A DNA stretch of 64,000 nucleotides. It comes from Nitrososphaeria archaeon. Lineage in GTDB: Archaea; Thermoproteota; Nitrososphaeria; JACIWG01. The stretch spans positions 47,930 to 111,929 of the forward strand of contig CAVVXT010000007.1 in assembly GCA_963752255.1 (NCBI GenBank), written 5' to 3'. Positions 38,728 to 49,119 of this stretch are shown here, in pieces. The first letter of the stretch is position 1; each line of letters starts with the position of its first letter. Below the pieces are notes generated by a model that was given only the letters and a program-made list of their open reading frames with translations, ran no database searches and was not told where the DNA came from. The position numbers were made by a program, and so were the translations under genes.

Positions 38728-39459
38728 CTACTTTCTTAAATTTGAAAAATACCTTTTTGCGTTATTATAAGATTGCATAGTACCTATATCCCACCATGCA
38801 CCCTCTAGAAGATATCCGTATACAAGTTCTTTCTTGCAAAACCATTCTATGAACCTACCTGGAGAATCAGGATTAAGCCCACCCTCAATATATTCTTCCA
38901 GTCTTGTTAAAATCCTGTTTGGAAAAATGTATAAGCAGGTGCCAATCGTGGTTGTCTTAGGATTTTCAGGTTTTTCTGTAAACTCCAAGATCCTGTTATC
39001 AGCGTTTATGATAACAGTCGAATAGTTCTTAACGACCCTAAAATCTCTTATATCATATAAGCCTACGATAGGAACTTTCAGTTGTCTGTATACTTCTATC
39101 ATATCTCTCAAGCTACTAGTAAACAGGTTATCGCCAGCAACAACAAGATAGTCATCCTTCACAACAGCAGTCAAATTTGCCAGAGCCTTTACAGCTCCAA
39201 CCTTCTCCCTTTCGCTTCTAGCTGCTTCTGCTATGATCATAATATCTTTTTTTCCGCTTTTTGAAAGCCACGCATCAAAATTGGGCTTAAATTTCGTATT
39301 TGTTGATATAGTAATATCCTCGATCTCTAGCTCATCAATCTTGTCTAACAAATATTCGATTATTGGCTTACCAGCAACATGAAGAAGAGGTTTAGGCCTG
39401 TCAATTGTCAAAGGCCAAAGTCTCCTTGCAAATCCTCCAGCCAGAATCACAGCTTTCAT
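38728..39459 (-). CDS. Sugar-phosphate nucleotidyltransferase
   Basis: ILAGGFARRL.P.T..RPKPLL, GDN, EKP, WWDIG. Confidence 0.92.
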   Translation of the reverse strand: MKAVILAGGFARRLWPLTIDRPKPLLHVAGKPIIEYLLDKIDELEIEDITISTNTKFKPNFDAWLSKSGKKDIMIIAEAARSEREKVGAVKALANLTAVVKDDYLVVAGDNLFTSSLRDMIEVYRQLKVPIVGLYDIRDFRVVKNYSTVIINADNRILEFTEKPENPKTTTIGTCLYIFPNRILTRLEEYIEGGLNPDSPGRFIEWFCKKELVYGYLLEGAWWDIGTMQSYNNAKRYFSNLRK

Positions 39460-39511
39460 CAAGCTGGCACCAGAGTTAACCAGAGATATATACCTAGCAC
39501 ATTAAGCAATA

Positions 39512-41446
39512 TCAGGTTGATATTGTATTGCAATAACTAGATGAACGAGCTTCTCTAAGATGTCTTAACAGAGTAAGCATTTCAGTATAGGTTTTAGCAA
39601 CTTTCTTGCTTCTTGCAGCTTTCTTCAGCTTTTCAATTATTAACTCTGGAGAACTTGTGCCTAATCTATTGAATGAAGGCTGCCTATCGACCAAAAGGTT
39701 TCCTTCATCGTCTATACCAGTTGCTTCTATACCATCGGCCCTGAAGTTAATCTTAAGATACGGAATCGTGTCACCTGCAAGATGAGTGACAAACAGGGCG
39801 AGGCTCTGTTTAGGCAGATTGTTAAGAAACGCTGCGACAATTCTAGCGATTGCCTTTGGCTCAGTAAGTGCTTCAAATTCGTCCATTAGGATAAGTTTCT
39901 TTTCCCTTCTCGCAAGTATTGGGATTGTTGATCTTAGTGCATGCTCCAAACTGCCTATCTTCTTAACAGTCCTCCTTCTGAAAAGGTATATGCTTATTAT
40001 TGGAACCTCAGCTTTGTCAGCAGGAACAGGAAGGCCAAGTATAGATAATGTTACAACTTGGGCTACGGTCATAAGAAGAGTTGTTTTACCACCGCTGTTC
40101 GCACCGGTCAGTAGGACAATGTTTGTCGTGTTGGCACCAAATATCTTCAATTCTGTACTGCCGATAGAATAGTCTATCTTTTGTATTTTGATATTTCCTT
40201 TAAGTTCGTCTTGAACTAAGAAGATATTTTTTCCACCAACAAAGCCTATACCGCCTTCTATGATCTTAGGGAAATATAGTTGGTATTCTTTCTTGAATGT
40301 AAAAAGAGATAAAATTAGATCGAATTCATAAAGTTCTTCCGCGATCTTTCCTAACATATCAAGATATTTTGATAGTTCTCGAGAAATTCTTAGGTATTCC
40401 ATGTACAAAGCCTTCGACTCACTCTTCTTTAGTCCCTCAACAATCTGATTGACCTTGTAGGTTGAGAAAGAAAATGGTGTTCTAGCATTCTCTAAAGCAT
40501 CATTTGCCAGTGCTGATAAACTCTTCTCATCAAGACCTAACTTTGACCCAAGTCTTCCAATAACATCAGAAACTAATCTTCTATACTCTTCAGCATTTGC
40601 ACCTGATTCCCTCATATTTTCTATACTTTCATTGATCTCTACTTCAGCTTCTTCTATTATAGACGCAAGATCAAGCCTGTCTATCTCCATGTCTTCAAGA
40701 AGACCTACTATATTAGCCGCATCTTCAACATGCCCGAAGAAACTCTCTAATGTAATCTCTTTTTCTTCGAATATTCTTCTAATCGAGCAATATGCTTCTA
40801 AGATGTTCTTGAAGGACTCAAATACTTCAACGAACCTGTCTGGCACAAGTTCGTAAAGTTCAAAAGATTCCTTGAGTGATATGCATCCTTTAACTTCTCC
40901 AAAGCCAATACAGATTAGTAGATCCTTACTTTTGGAGAGCTCAGTGATATCTTTTTTATCAAAAACTTCGATCTTCAAACCTTTGCTTAAATTCAAAAGC
41001 GATTGCTTAAGTTCCTCACTACTGACGGCTATGACAAAGCTAGATGAGGGCTTTATTGTAATTAATTTGACATTTCTTAGAATATCTTTGGCCTCCGAAT
41101 AAATCTGCTCATCTGATTCGATAGCTGTGAAGATTTGATTGAGAAAAGAAATTCTTTCGTTCAACTTGTCAGCATTTGAATACGGTGTAAGAGAGAGAAC
41201 CCTATCTTCGGTAACCTTATTTCCACAATACGGGACAACAAGCTTTAGAATGTCCTTTAAAAGCTGTTTTGAGTCAGGAGTTCTAAATACTTCCTTGATA
41301 ACCAAACCAGTAAATCCACTCCTATACTGTTGAACAAGCTTTAGAGACTCTTTTCTATTAACATTTTTGGTGTATGAGATACCTTCTAAGAATGGTAGTC
41401 TAACATAGATGTCAAAGAGAATATCTTCAATACCCTTTATTGGCAT
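39512..41446 (-). CDS. Archaeal MutS-family ATPase (MutS5-like, no Smr domain)
   Basis: LTGANSGGKTTL, GLPVPA, LMDEFEALTEP, VTH; no mismatch-binding or Smr domain visible. Confidence 0.8.
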   Translation of the reverse strand: MPIKGIEDILFDIYVRLPFLEGISYTKNVNRKESLKLVQQYRSGFTGLVIKEVFRTPDSKQLLKDILKLVVPYCGNKVTEDRVLSLTPYSNADKLNERISFLNQIFTAIESDEQIYSEAKDILRNVKLITIKPSSSFVIAVSSEELKQSLLNLSKGLKIEVFDKKDITELSKSKDLLICIGFGEVKGCISLKESFELYELVPDRFVEVFESFKNILEAYCSIRRIFEEKEITLESFFGHVEDAANIVGLLEDMEIDRLDLASIIEEAEVEINESIENMRESGANAEEYRRLVSDVIGRLGSKLGLDEKSLSALANDALENARTPFSFSTYKVNQIVEGLKKSESKALYMEYLRISRELSKYLDMLGKIAEELYEFDLILSLFTFKKEYQLYFPKIIEGGIGFVGGKNIFLVQDELKGNIKIQKIDYSIGSTELKIFGANTTNIVLLTGANSGGKTTLLMTVAQVVTLSILGLPVPADKAEVPIISIYLFRRRTVKKIGSLEHALRSTIPILARREKKLILMDEFEALTEPKAIARIVAAFLNNLPKQSLALFVTHLAGDTIPYLKINFRADGIEATGIDDEGNLLVDRQPSFNRLGTSSPELIIEKLKKAARSKKVAKTYTEMLTLLRHLREARSSSYCNTIST

Positions 41447-41634
41447 TATTGGATTATGATCTAGGATGGTGTTTTAAGCTTTCCCACATAATATTCTTAC
41501 ACTTTCAATACCATAAATAATTTGGCAGGCAATTAGATGACTCCTTACCAATTTCTGTTTGCTAAATCATTCTTACTGTTCTTTAAAATATATGTCAACC
41601 AAGATTAACCGAAAAAAAGGATAGAAGGGTAGAT

Positions 41635-41961
41635 CTAAGATCTTTTTAGTTCTTTACCACATTTATAGCAGAAGCGTGAATCGAATCGGTTCTTTTCTCC
41701 ACACTGTGGGCAGATTATTGGCGCCCTTCCGGTTGATTCTTGAACATTCTTTCTAGCTGTTTCGAAAGCCTTCTCTATTTCCTTAGCAGCTAGAGTGAAA
41801 GCTTTCTCCATCTCTTGGCCCATCTTGTTAAAGGCTTCCCTGAGTTCATCAGAAGGAGCTACAACACCTGCTTCAACACCTAATACAGTTCTAGCACCAC
41901 ATTTTGGACAAAAGTACGCATCTTCAGTAAGAGGTTGACCACATTTTGAGCAGAATCCCAT
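41635..41961 (-). CDS. Double zinc-ribbon protein
   Basis: CSKCG...FCPKCG and CPQCG...FCYKCG flanking a helical linker. Confidence 0.85.
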   Translation of the reverse strand: MGFCSKCGQPLTEDAYFCPKCGARTVLGVEAGVVAPSDELREAFNKMGQEMEKAFTLAAKEIEKAFETARKNVQESTGRAPIICPQCGEKNRFDSRFCYKCGKELKRS

Positions 41962-42125
41962 AACAATTACCAGTTTTTATAGAATATTAGGAGTGATTTA
42001 AATTTTATTCTATCCGTCACCTTCCTGTTATAGGAGAGGGGAGGGATTGGATAAATACCCACCATTAAACTTATCTAATGTTTTTAAGTTGTTTAGCCAC
42101 AGAACTCATATTAAATACTTTTTAT

Positions 42126-42380
42126 TTAGAAATCTGCTAATTCGGTGAAGGGCCTTAAGCTAGCCTTAAGATCGTCATCAGTAACTGTTAGATTGGAAAT
42201 CCTATCAAGTATTTTTCTACGAAGTTTCCTTGGTACGAATAAGGAGTTAGCCGCATAACTAAGTTTTTTTGGCATGACAATTAGAGGATTATACAAACCT
42301 TTAACTGAACGCAGCAGATATTTTTTTATATGTGCGTCGACAAAAGCTCTTGTAATTATTCTGCCCTTAACCGTATGCAA
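42126..42380 (-). CDS. Hypothetical protein or C-terminal gene fragment
   Basis: 84-aa TTG ORF with no family motif. Confidence 0.3.
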   Translation of the reverse strand: MHTVKGRIITRAFVDAHIKKYLLRSVKGLYNPLIVMPKKLSYAANSLFVPRKLRRKILDRISNLTVTDDDLKASLRPFTELADF

Positions 42381-42514
42381 AAAGAGATGCTCTAATTACG
42401 ATAGCTAAGTCAAATTGCATAAAAGATCCTCTTTTATTAGATTGTATTTATCTCCCTCTATGTGGTTTTACATATTAAAGTGCAGAATATATGGGTGTGG
42501 ACCATGATAGAATT

Positions 42515-43708
42515 TTATTCGTTTACTCCACCTGATCTTGGAATCTTAACTGTAAACGTTGAACCTGTACCTACTTTACTTTCAAAATCAATCGAACCAT
42601 TATGTATTTCAATGAGCCGTTTGCAGACGGAAAGCCCCAAACCTTGACCTTTAGACTTGGTTGTAAACAAAGGAGTAAAAATCTTATGGAAATTCTCCTT
42701 ATCTATTCCGACGCCTGTATCTTGAACGCTGATCAGAGCCTTATCGTTCTCCACGGAACCACTGACCGAAAGTTTGCCACCGTCTGGCATCGCTTGAACG
42801 GCGTTGTTGAACAGGTTCACGAACACCCTCTTCATCATCAGCGAATCAACCATCAAAAAAGGGAAGACATCGCTGATGTCAATTGTAACCTTAACATTTT
42901 CAGGCACATTCACCATCGACAAAGCATTAACTATTAGTTGGCGCATGTTGGTGATTGTGAATACCGGCTCTATTGGCCTGCCAAAATCTTGAAGATCCAA
43001 CACGATCTTGTTCATGTAGTCTATCTGTTCGCGACAAGCTAGTATAAGTTGATCTAAGCCTTCCCTCTTAACAACTTCTCGGGTTCCAAGGGGAAGAGTT
43101 TCAATCCTAGTCTTAGCTAGATATAGGAGGTTAACTAGAACTTGTAATGGATTACGAAGATCGTGGCCTACCATGGTTGAGACCTGCCCTATGGCAATCA
43201 TCCTTTCTGCTTCTTTAAGTTCCTTAGTTCTCTGGTCGACTATCTCTTCTAGGTGTTCAGTATGCTTTCTAAGCTTTTCCTCAACCCTCTTACGCTCTGT
43301 AATATCTCTCCCTATGCCCTCGAGGACTATTAACTTGCCAGTGTGATCAAAAACGGGGATATTAACCTGCTCTGTCCACACCAGACGACCATCTTTACGC
43401 TTCCATCTCAGCTCTGATCGAATATACCCCTTTTTGTTAGATGATTGAACCATCATTTCGGCCAATTTGGGGGCGTCATCAGGATGAATAATCTTCCACC
43501 AAAGGTTTTTATCAGTGTAATGTTCTTTAGGAGTATAGCCCAATATCTTTGTAGAAGCAGAATTAACGTACTCAAACCCCTCCTCAGGACGATACAGAAA
43601 GATTAGGTCTTCAGCGTTTTCAGCAAGCCTACGGAAACGCTCTTCAGATATACCGCTAGGTAAGTAGGCATCATTTTGATTCTGAAAATCTTTATTCCGA
43701 ATAGACAT
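42515..43708 (-). CDS. Cytoplasmic PAS-domain sensor histidine kinase
   Basis: PAS/PAC (IHPDD, RDITERK), H-box GHDLRNPL, N-box NAVQAM, DTGVG, GQGLGL. Confidence 0.93.
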   Translation of the reverse strand: MSIRNKDFQNQNDAYLPSGISEERFRRLAENAEDLIFLYRPEEGFEYVNSASTKILGYTPKEHYTDKNLWWKIIHPDDAPKLAEMMVQSSNKKGYIRSELRWKRKDGRLVWTEQVNIPVFDHTGKLIVLEGIGRDITERKRVEEKLRKHTEHLEEIVDQRTKELKEAERMIAIGQVSTMVGHDLRNPLQVLVNLLYLAKTRIETLPLGTREVVKREGLDQLILACREQIDYMNKIVLDLQDFGRPIEPVFTITNMRQLIVNALSMVNVPENVKVTIDISDVFPFLMVDSLMMKRVFVNLFNNAVQAMPDGGKLSVSGSVENDKALISVQDTGVGIDKENFHKIFTPLFTTKSKGQGLGLSVCKRLIEIHNGSIDFESKVGTGSTFTVKIPRSGGVNE

Positions 43709-43710
43709 AC

Positions 43711-43747
43711 TGTTATAGCCTATTATAGCCTGTTATAGCCAATTATA
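43711..43747. repeat. 10-bp tandem repeat t(g/a)ttatagcc x3 plus a partial copy, in the histidine kinase leader
   Basis: tgttatagcc-tattatagcc-tgttatagcc-aattata. Confidence 0.8.
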
Positions 43748-43933
43748 ATAGATGCTGGATGCTTAAATCTATATGTATTATAAAAAATAAGATGCATACA
43801 TTGGCTGACAGGTTATATTTGCCATAGTAATCAAAATCTTGTCTCTAATACTTTATTACAAGGAAATAAGTGAACTTAAAGAATCACAGAAGATTCACCC
43901 AAAATAAATCTTCTTCCCTTAAGCTTGGTGTTA

Positions 43934-44260
43934 TCATTGGACACTAATAACAATAGAATTCTCGATTTCTCCTCTTTTGATGTTGCAGCTGTTCCCTATA
44001 CCCGTATATGGACCAATATGCACGAAAGATTCTATTATGGAATTGTTTCCGATAATTGAAGGTCCTCTAACTATAGCACCTTTTTTGACAACACTGTTTT
44101 TACCAAAGCTTATCCTTCCAGGGTAAGTTATTGACATATTGGACTGAACTATGTCTTCTCCACCGAACAATTCCTTCCAATCCTTTCTAAAGATTTCTGT
44201 AAAGAAACCTCTTTCATCAGCAAGTTTCTTCAAAGGTTTGATTATTATTCCATCAAGTAA
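43934..44260 (-). pseudogene. rmlC::rmlA chimeric remnant (RmlC N-terminus fused to the beta-helix C-terminus of glucose-1-P thymidylyltransferase)
   Basis: DERGFFTE...VQSNMSITYPG joined in frame to RISFGKNS...VRGPSIIG...HIGPYT.IG...EIENSIV. Confidence 0.8.
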
Positions 44261-45174
44261 GGCCTTCCACCTCAAACTTCAATCTTCTAACAGCTTCATC
44301 TATATTTAAGGGCTTATGCCTGAGCTGGGAAGTGGCTTTGCTAACATCTAAAGAAGAATCATTAGGTCTCATGGCGAACCAGTTCATATCTCCCATTTTG
44401 GCAGGCCTAATCAGCAGTCTATCGAGATCAAAAATTTCCGCAGAGTTTGATAACAAAGTCAAAACGGGATAATCGTGTGGCACCAGACATGTGATAAACG
44501 CCTGTAAACCATCTGTTAACAGCTTCCAATACCATCTCAGCTAAGCTTGAGTTCAAAGTCGGAGAAACAAACTGATCAACAAGTATGTGAATAGTCTCCT
44601 CCTTACGGAGTTTTTCTAGAACCCACAATGCAAAGTTGACTTTACCGAGGGCAGGCCTAGAACCGTATATGACACTAGCCCTGATAACAAGGTAGTCTAA
44701 ACCAGAAGACTTAACCAGCTTTTCACCTTCGAGCTTAGAATTACCGTAATAGTTTACTGGACTACATGAATCATCTTCTTTATACATGCCTTTATCACCT
44801 TGGAAAACATAGTCGGTCGAAATATATACGAGGTATGCGCCGAACCTTCTACACGCTTCAATAATGTTTCTTGTGCCGTCGATGTTGGTTAGATATGCAA
44901 AAACCTTGTCCCTCTCACATAAATCCACATCTGTTAATGCGGCTGCGTGAACAACTATGTCAGGACGTATCCTGCTGAAGGTATTCATTATCGCTTCCGA
45001 GTTAGTTACATTTAACTTGAGAGGATGACCAATATTTACAAGATGTTCATAGTAACCAGAGTAAACCTCAAAACCTTCTTTGTGAGCTAATTCGACCAAG
45101 CAAGAGCCAAATAAACCACTGGCGCCAGTTACGATAGCCTTCAATTTGTTAGCCCTCTTGAACATATATTCCAA
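44253..45174 (-). pseudogene. rmlD: dTDP-4-dehydrorhamnose reductase with a +1 frameshift
   Basis: TGASGLFG, AALTDVD.CE, ISTDYVF, YG.SK; C-terminus AEIFDLD...RPNDSSLDVSKA is in a different frame, extra base near 44442. Confidence 0.85.
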
Positions 45175-45544
45175 GATAGTTATTTAATACTACTGTTTAC
45201 CAATTTTAAGTTATAATTTTATCGATACTTTCACATTAACTACAATCTATGATTTCATTCCTTAAACTTACCTAGCAAGTTTTAGTACAACAGTAGAATA
45301 TCCATTTACACTAACCCTAATTAATATTTTGTCAGCCAAAAAGGTCTTTGCACTTTAAATCCAATTTGTGCCTTCTTCTGTAGAACCTTTATATGGCATC
45401 TAAAATAATAAATATTACCACACTTTTATGATAAAAAAAATAAGTGTTTAATCGATGACGATAACAAACAACATTACTCCTTTAGCTTCACGTTCTATGT
45501 TCGAATTTATGTTCCCTTATATTTATTGATTTACCAACAGAGAT

Positions 45545-46489
45545 TTATAACCTAACCTCGACCTCTTTGCTTGAGTCGGGTGAGGCTATTGTTTTTCTAA
45601 GACCATCTTCTAGACTCATCCTAGGAACGTATTCTAGAGCTTCAACTGCCCTAGAAACGTCAGCCGTACTCTGACGTATGTCTCCTTCTTTTACCGGTTT
45701 ATGTAAAGGTTCTATGTGAGACTTTTCGGACACCTTTGCGATTATCTGCGCTAATTGGTTTATTGTTGTTTTAGTTCCTGTCCCTATGTTTATCGTTTCT
45801 TGAATGTTAGACTTTATAGCCTTCGATATGTATTCAACTGCATCTCCTACGTAAATGAAGTCTCTGTATTGTTCTCCATCACCATATATTATTGGAGGCT
45901 CATCTCTACTTATTCTCCTAATGAACTGAGTTATAACTCCACTGTATTGGTTAAAGGATTGCCTTTGTCCATACACATTAAATAAACGTAATATAATTGT
46001 ACTGATCTTTCCTATCGTGTTATTTGATTTACAATATTCTTCTGCTTCTAGCTTGCTCTCTGCATATGGTGAAAGCGGTTTCGTTGGGTGGCTTTCGTTT
46101 ATCGGAACTCTTGATGGATTGCCATACACAGCAGCAGATGAGATAAAGATGAACCTTTTTACTCCCGCATCCATCGACTGATTCAGAACATTAAGTGTCC
46201 CCTTTGAATTGACTTCTCGATACAAAAGAGGATTTACAATTGATTCTTGGACGCTTGTCAGAGCAGCCAAATGTACTACCGCATTCACATCCTCAAAAGA
46301 TTTCATAAGCTTACTTTTCTCTCGAATGTCCACATGCTTGAAATCTATCTTAGGAAGAACATTAGCCAAGTTATCCAACTTTCCTGACCATAGATTGTCC
46401 ACCACCACAACATTTTCTCCCAAGGACACTAGCTTTTCGACGAGGTGGCTTCCAATGAAACCAGCGCCACCTGTTACAGCAATCTTCAT
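45545..46489 (-). CDS. NAD-dependent nucleotide-sugar epimerase (GalE-like)
   Basis: TGGAGFIGSH, SSAAVYG, YAESK, RLFNVYG, RDFIYV. Confidence 0.92.
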   Translation of the reverse strand: MKIAVTGGAGFIGSHLVEKLVSLGENVVVVDNLWSGKLDNLANVLPKIDFKHVDIREKSKLMKSFEDVNAVVHLAALTSVQESIVNPLLYREVNSKGTLNVLNQSMDAGVKRFIFISSAAVYGNPSRVPINESHPTKPLSPYAESKLEAEEYCKSNNTIGKISTIILRLFNVYGQRQSFNQYSGVITQFIRRISRDEPPIIYGDGEQYRDFIYVGDAVEYISKAIKSNIQETINIGTGTKTTINQLAQIIAKVSEKSHIEPLHKPVKEGDIRQSTADVSRAVEALEYVPRMSLEDGLRKTIASPDSSKEVEVRL

Positions 46490-46531
46490 TTTTCTTCACA
46501 AAGTGAAACAAATCATAAACATAAAAAAGAT

Positions 46532-46801
46532 TTATTGGCTCTTGCCTTGAGTGGATTCTGCCCTGTTCTCCTCCGCCTTAGGTTCTTCCTTCGTAAGCTC
46601 TTCTATCGGTTGTGGAGGTGGAGTTGTAGCGAGAGTAAATCCTATCCAGCCTAGAACCGCTAGAACGCCTCCTATTATTACAAATGCTGTTATCTGCAGA
46701 ATGATTTGAGGATTCCAAAAGAAGAGAAGCCATGCATATGCAACTATTCCGATGATACCTGCGAGAAGTAATGCTACTCCTATTAGTTGATCTCTACTCA
46801 T
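46532..46801 (-). CDS. Small two-TM archaeal membrane protein
   Basis: MSRDQ.IG, two TM helices, WIG.TLATTPPP.PIEE. Confidence 0.75.
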   Translation of the reverse strand: MSRDQLIGVALLLAGIIGIVAYAWLLFFWNPQIILQITAFVIIGGVLAVLGWIGFTLATTPPPQPIEELTKEEPKAEENRAESTQGKSQ

Positions 46802-47123
46802 CTAATATCACTCATTTTGTGTGTTCGCAGGGGTTTAAAAATATTCCTTACTATACTTTATCTCATTAGAAATCGCATTCTGTGATGGAATAAAAAATTC
46901 GTTAAAGTGCACAGTAGCGAGTTGAAGATCTATATCGCAGAAGTTCCTTAAACACCGCCTGCAGCTAAACTTAAAATGAATATATTGATTAAAATTAATT
47001 ATGTTTTAGATAAGGTCTTCAGTTAAGAGGCAGGAAGAAGAATCGGGCGTACTGAAAAAGCCTTTTACGATGTCAGTTGTAAAATATTTCGATTACAAGA
47101 AAATTATAGAATAAGCTTTTGGT

Positions 47124-48029
47124 TTAAAGCGCTAAATCAACCCGCTTTTTATTATCATTTCTATTCATTAAATAGATGCCGGACATTATGATTATTATTG
47201 CTGCGATCTGGTAGACGCTTATCGCTTCCTGTAGAAATATTGCTGCAAAGAAGAGCCCGAATACTGCGGCTGTTGAAAATACGACTATGGTCTTTACCGT
47301 ACCTATGTTTTGCAAGGCTTTCAGGAAAAAGTATAGTGACATGCCATATCCTATTGTACCTAGGAGTATCAGATCCGGAATCTGCCCTATTCCTATTTCC
47401 AAGGGTATTTTTAGAGCGATTACGACTACGGCTATCATAGAGAATCCAACGATCGATTTTACTTGAGAAAGTTTTGCCGGTTCCATTTTGTCTGTTAAGA
47501 TCTTGCTTACGTTGTTGTCTATTGACCAAAACATGGTTGCACCGAGAACTAGAAGGTTACCTAATGAAATTTCTATAAATAATCGTGATGGATCAAGATT
47601 GGTTACGACGATAATTACTCCCGTCAGTATCATTAAAATGGCTACGTAATCCGTCTTTTTTGGTCTTTCTCTGAAGAATAGTATGGCGAAAACGATCGTA
47701 AATACTTGTTCCCCATTTGAGAGTATCGCTGTATCAGAGGCGGTCGTCCTCTGCAGGCCTAGAAAGTACAGTGTCGGCGCTATCGCCGCTCCACATATTG
47801 CCGATGTCGCGAATAATATGGAAGTTCTACTCTTTAGCGAGAAGAACGATTTTCTTGCAAAAGGTGTTAGTGTTATTGCTGCGAGCAGGTAGGATAGACA
47901 TGATAACAATATTGGATTGATCGTCTGCATTGCTGCTTTTCCTACTGTGGAAACCGAACCAAAGCATAACGCTGCTCCTAAGGCGTATAAGTATCCCCTT
48001 GATGACGTATTTCTAGGCTGATCAGCCAT
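47124..48029 (-). CDS. DMT/EamA family transporter
   Basis: Ten TM segments in two EamA repeats. Confidence 0.9.
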   Translation of the reverse strand: MADQPRNTSSRGYLYALGAALCFGSVSTVGKAAMQTINPILLSCLSYLLAAITLTPFARKSFFSLKSRTSILFATSAICGAAIAPTLYFLGLQRTTASDTAILSNGEQVFTIVFAILFFRERPKKTDYVAILMILTGVIIVVTNLDPSRLFIEISLGNLLVLGATMFWSIDNNVSKILTDKMEPAKLSQVKSIVGFSMIAVVVIALKIPLEIGIGQIPDLILLGTIGYGMSLYFFLKALQNIGTVKTIVVFSTAAVFGLFFAAIFLQEAISVYQIAAIIIIMSGIYLMNRNDNKKRVDLAL

Positions 48030-48404
48030 CGGAGCTCAAGAGGTTCAAAGGTATCAGATATTTAGTTTTTAACTAAGCCATTTCTTTTTTAAAATATTTA
48101 TGGAACATTTTTTGGGTATCCTCTTTCTGAAGTGTATAAGAGCCTTTGTTGGAAAAGAATAAATCAATGAGAGACATTCTTGTAGGGATTGGAATTTGCT
48201 GTTTGCTCGTAACATTCTTTGTAAGAAAGAGTGGGAAGAGCTGTACTGTACATTCCTGTAGGATTATTCTATGATTGATTCAGTATTCATGGATAGGCTT
48301 ACCGATTCAAAGAGCTGCTATTAAATGTTAATTTCCAATAAATTTTAAAACGAATAGAAATAAATCCTAATCCTTTTAAGTTATAAACATGACGTTCATG
48401 CTCG

Positions 48405-48965
48405 ATGGGGGGAACTGTTTCTATCTTCGGCTTTGCGGGTAGCCTTCGAAAAGGTTCTTACAACAAGTTGCTATTGAAGGCATGCTTTGACCTATTACCA
48501 GAAAATGCACGACTTGAAACATTTGACCTTGAAGGTATCCCGCTATTTAATCAGGACTTGGAACATGAACCTCCAGAGAAAGTGAAGGAGTTTAAGGTGA
48601 AGATTAAAACTGCCGACGCAATTTTGATTGCAACACCTGAATATAATTACTCCATTCCAGGTGTTCTAAAGAACGCGATTGATTGGGCTTCAAGACCATA
48701 CGCGAATAATTCCTTCAAAGATAAACCTGTTGCTTTGATGAGCGCGTCTACGGGGATGATTGGAGGTGAAAGAGCGCAGCTTCACCTTCGCCAGTGTTTT
48801 GTCTTCCTCAATATGCATGCTGTTAACACGCCTGAGGTAATCGTTACTTTTGCGCCTAGAAGATTTGATGATAAAGGTAGGCTAATAGATGAAGAGGCCA
48901 AAGGATATATCAGGATGTTATTTGAGAATTTGGTCGCCTTAACCTTAGAACTGAAAACAAAGTAA
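48405..48965 (+). CDS. NADPH-dependent FMN reductase (ChrR-like)
   Basis: GSLRKGSYN, TPEYNYSIPGVLKNAIDWASR. Confidence 0.93.
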   Translation: MGGTVSIFGFAGSLRKGSYNKLLLKACFDLLPENARLETFDLEGIPLFNQDLEHEPPEKVKEFKVKIKTADAILIATPEYNYSIPGVLKNAIDWASRPYANNSFKDKPVALMSASTGMIGGERAQLHLRQCFVFLNMHAVNTPEVIVTFAPRRFDDKGRLIDEEAKGYIRMLFENLVALTLELKTK

Positions 48966-49119
48966 CGCTCGATGTCTACCTGTTGTATCCTCAAATTTGT
49001 CTTTACGCTAACGTGTTTTCTTTCCAAAGGGATGTGTTCGAGGTCTTTTTAGTGTTTGAGGAATATTTTTTTGTTTTCATAAAGTTGAAATCTTTCAAGT
49101 TTTGTTAGTAAAAGATTTT

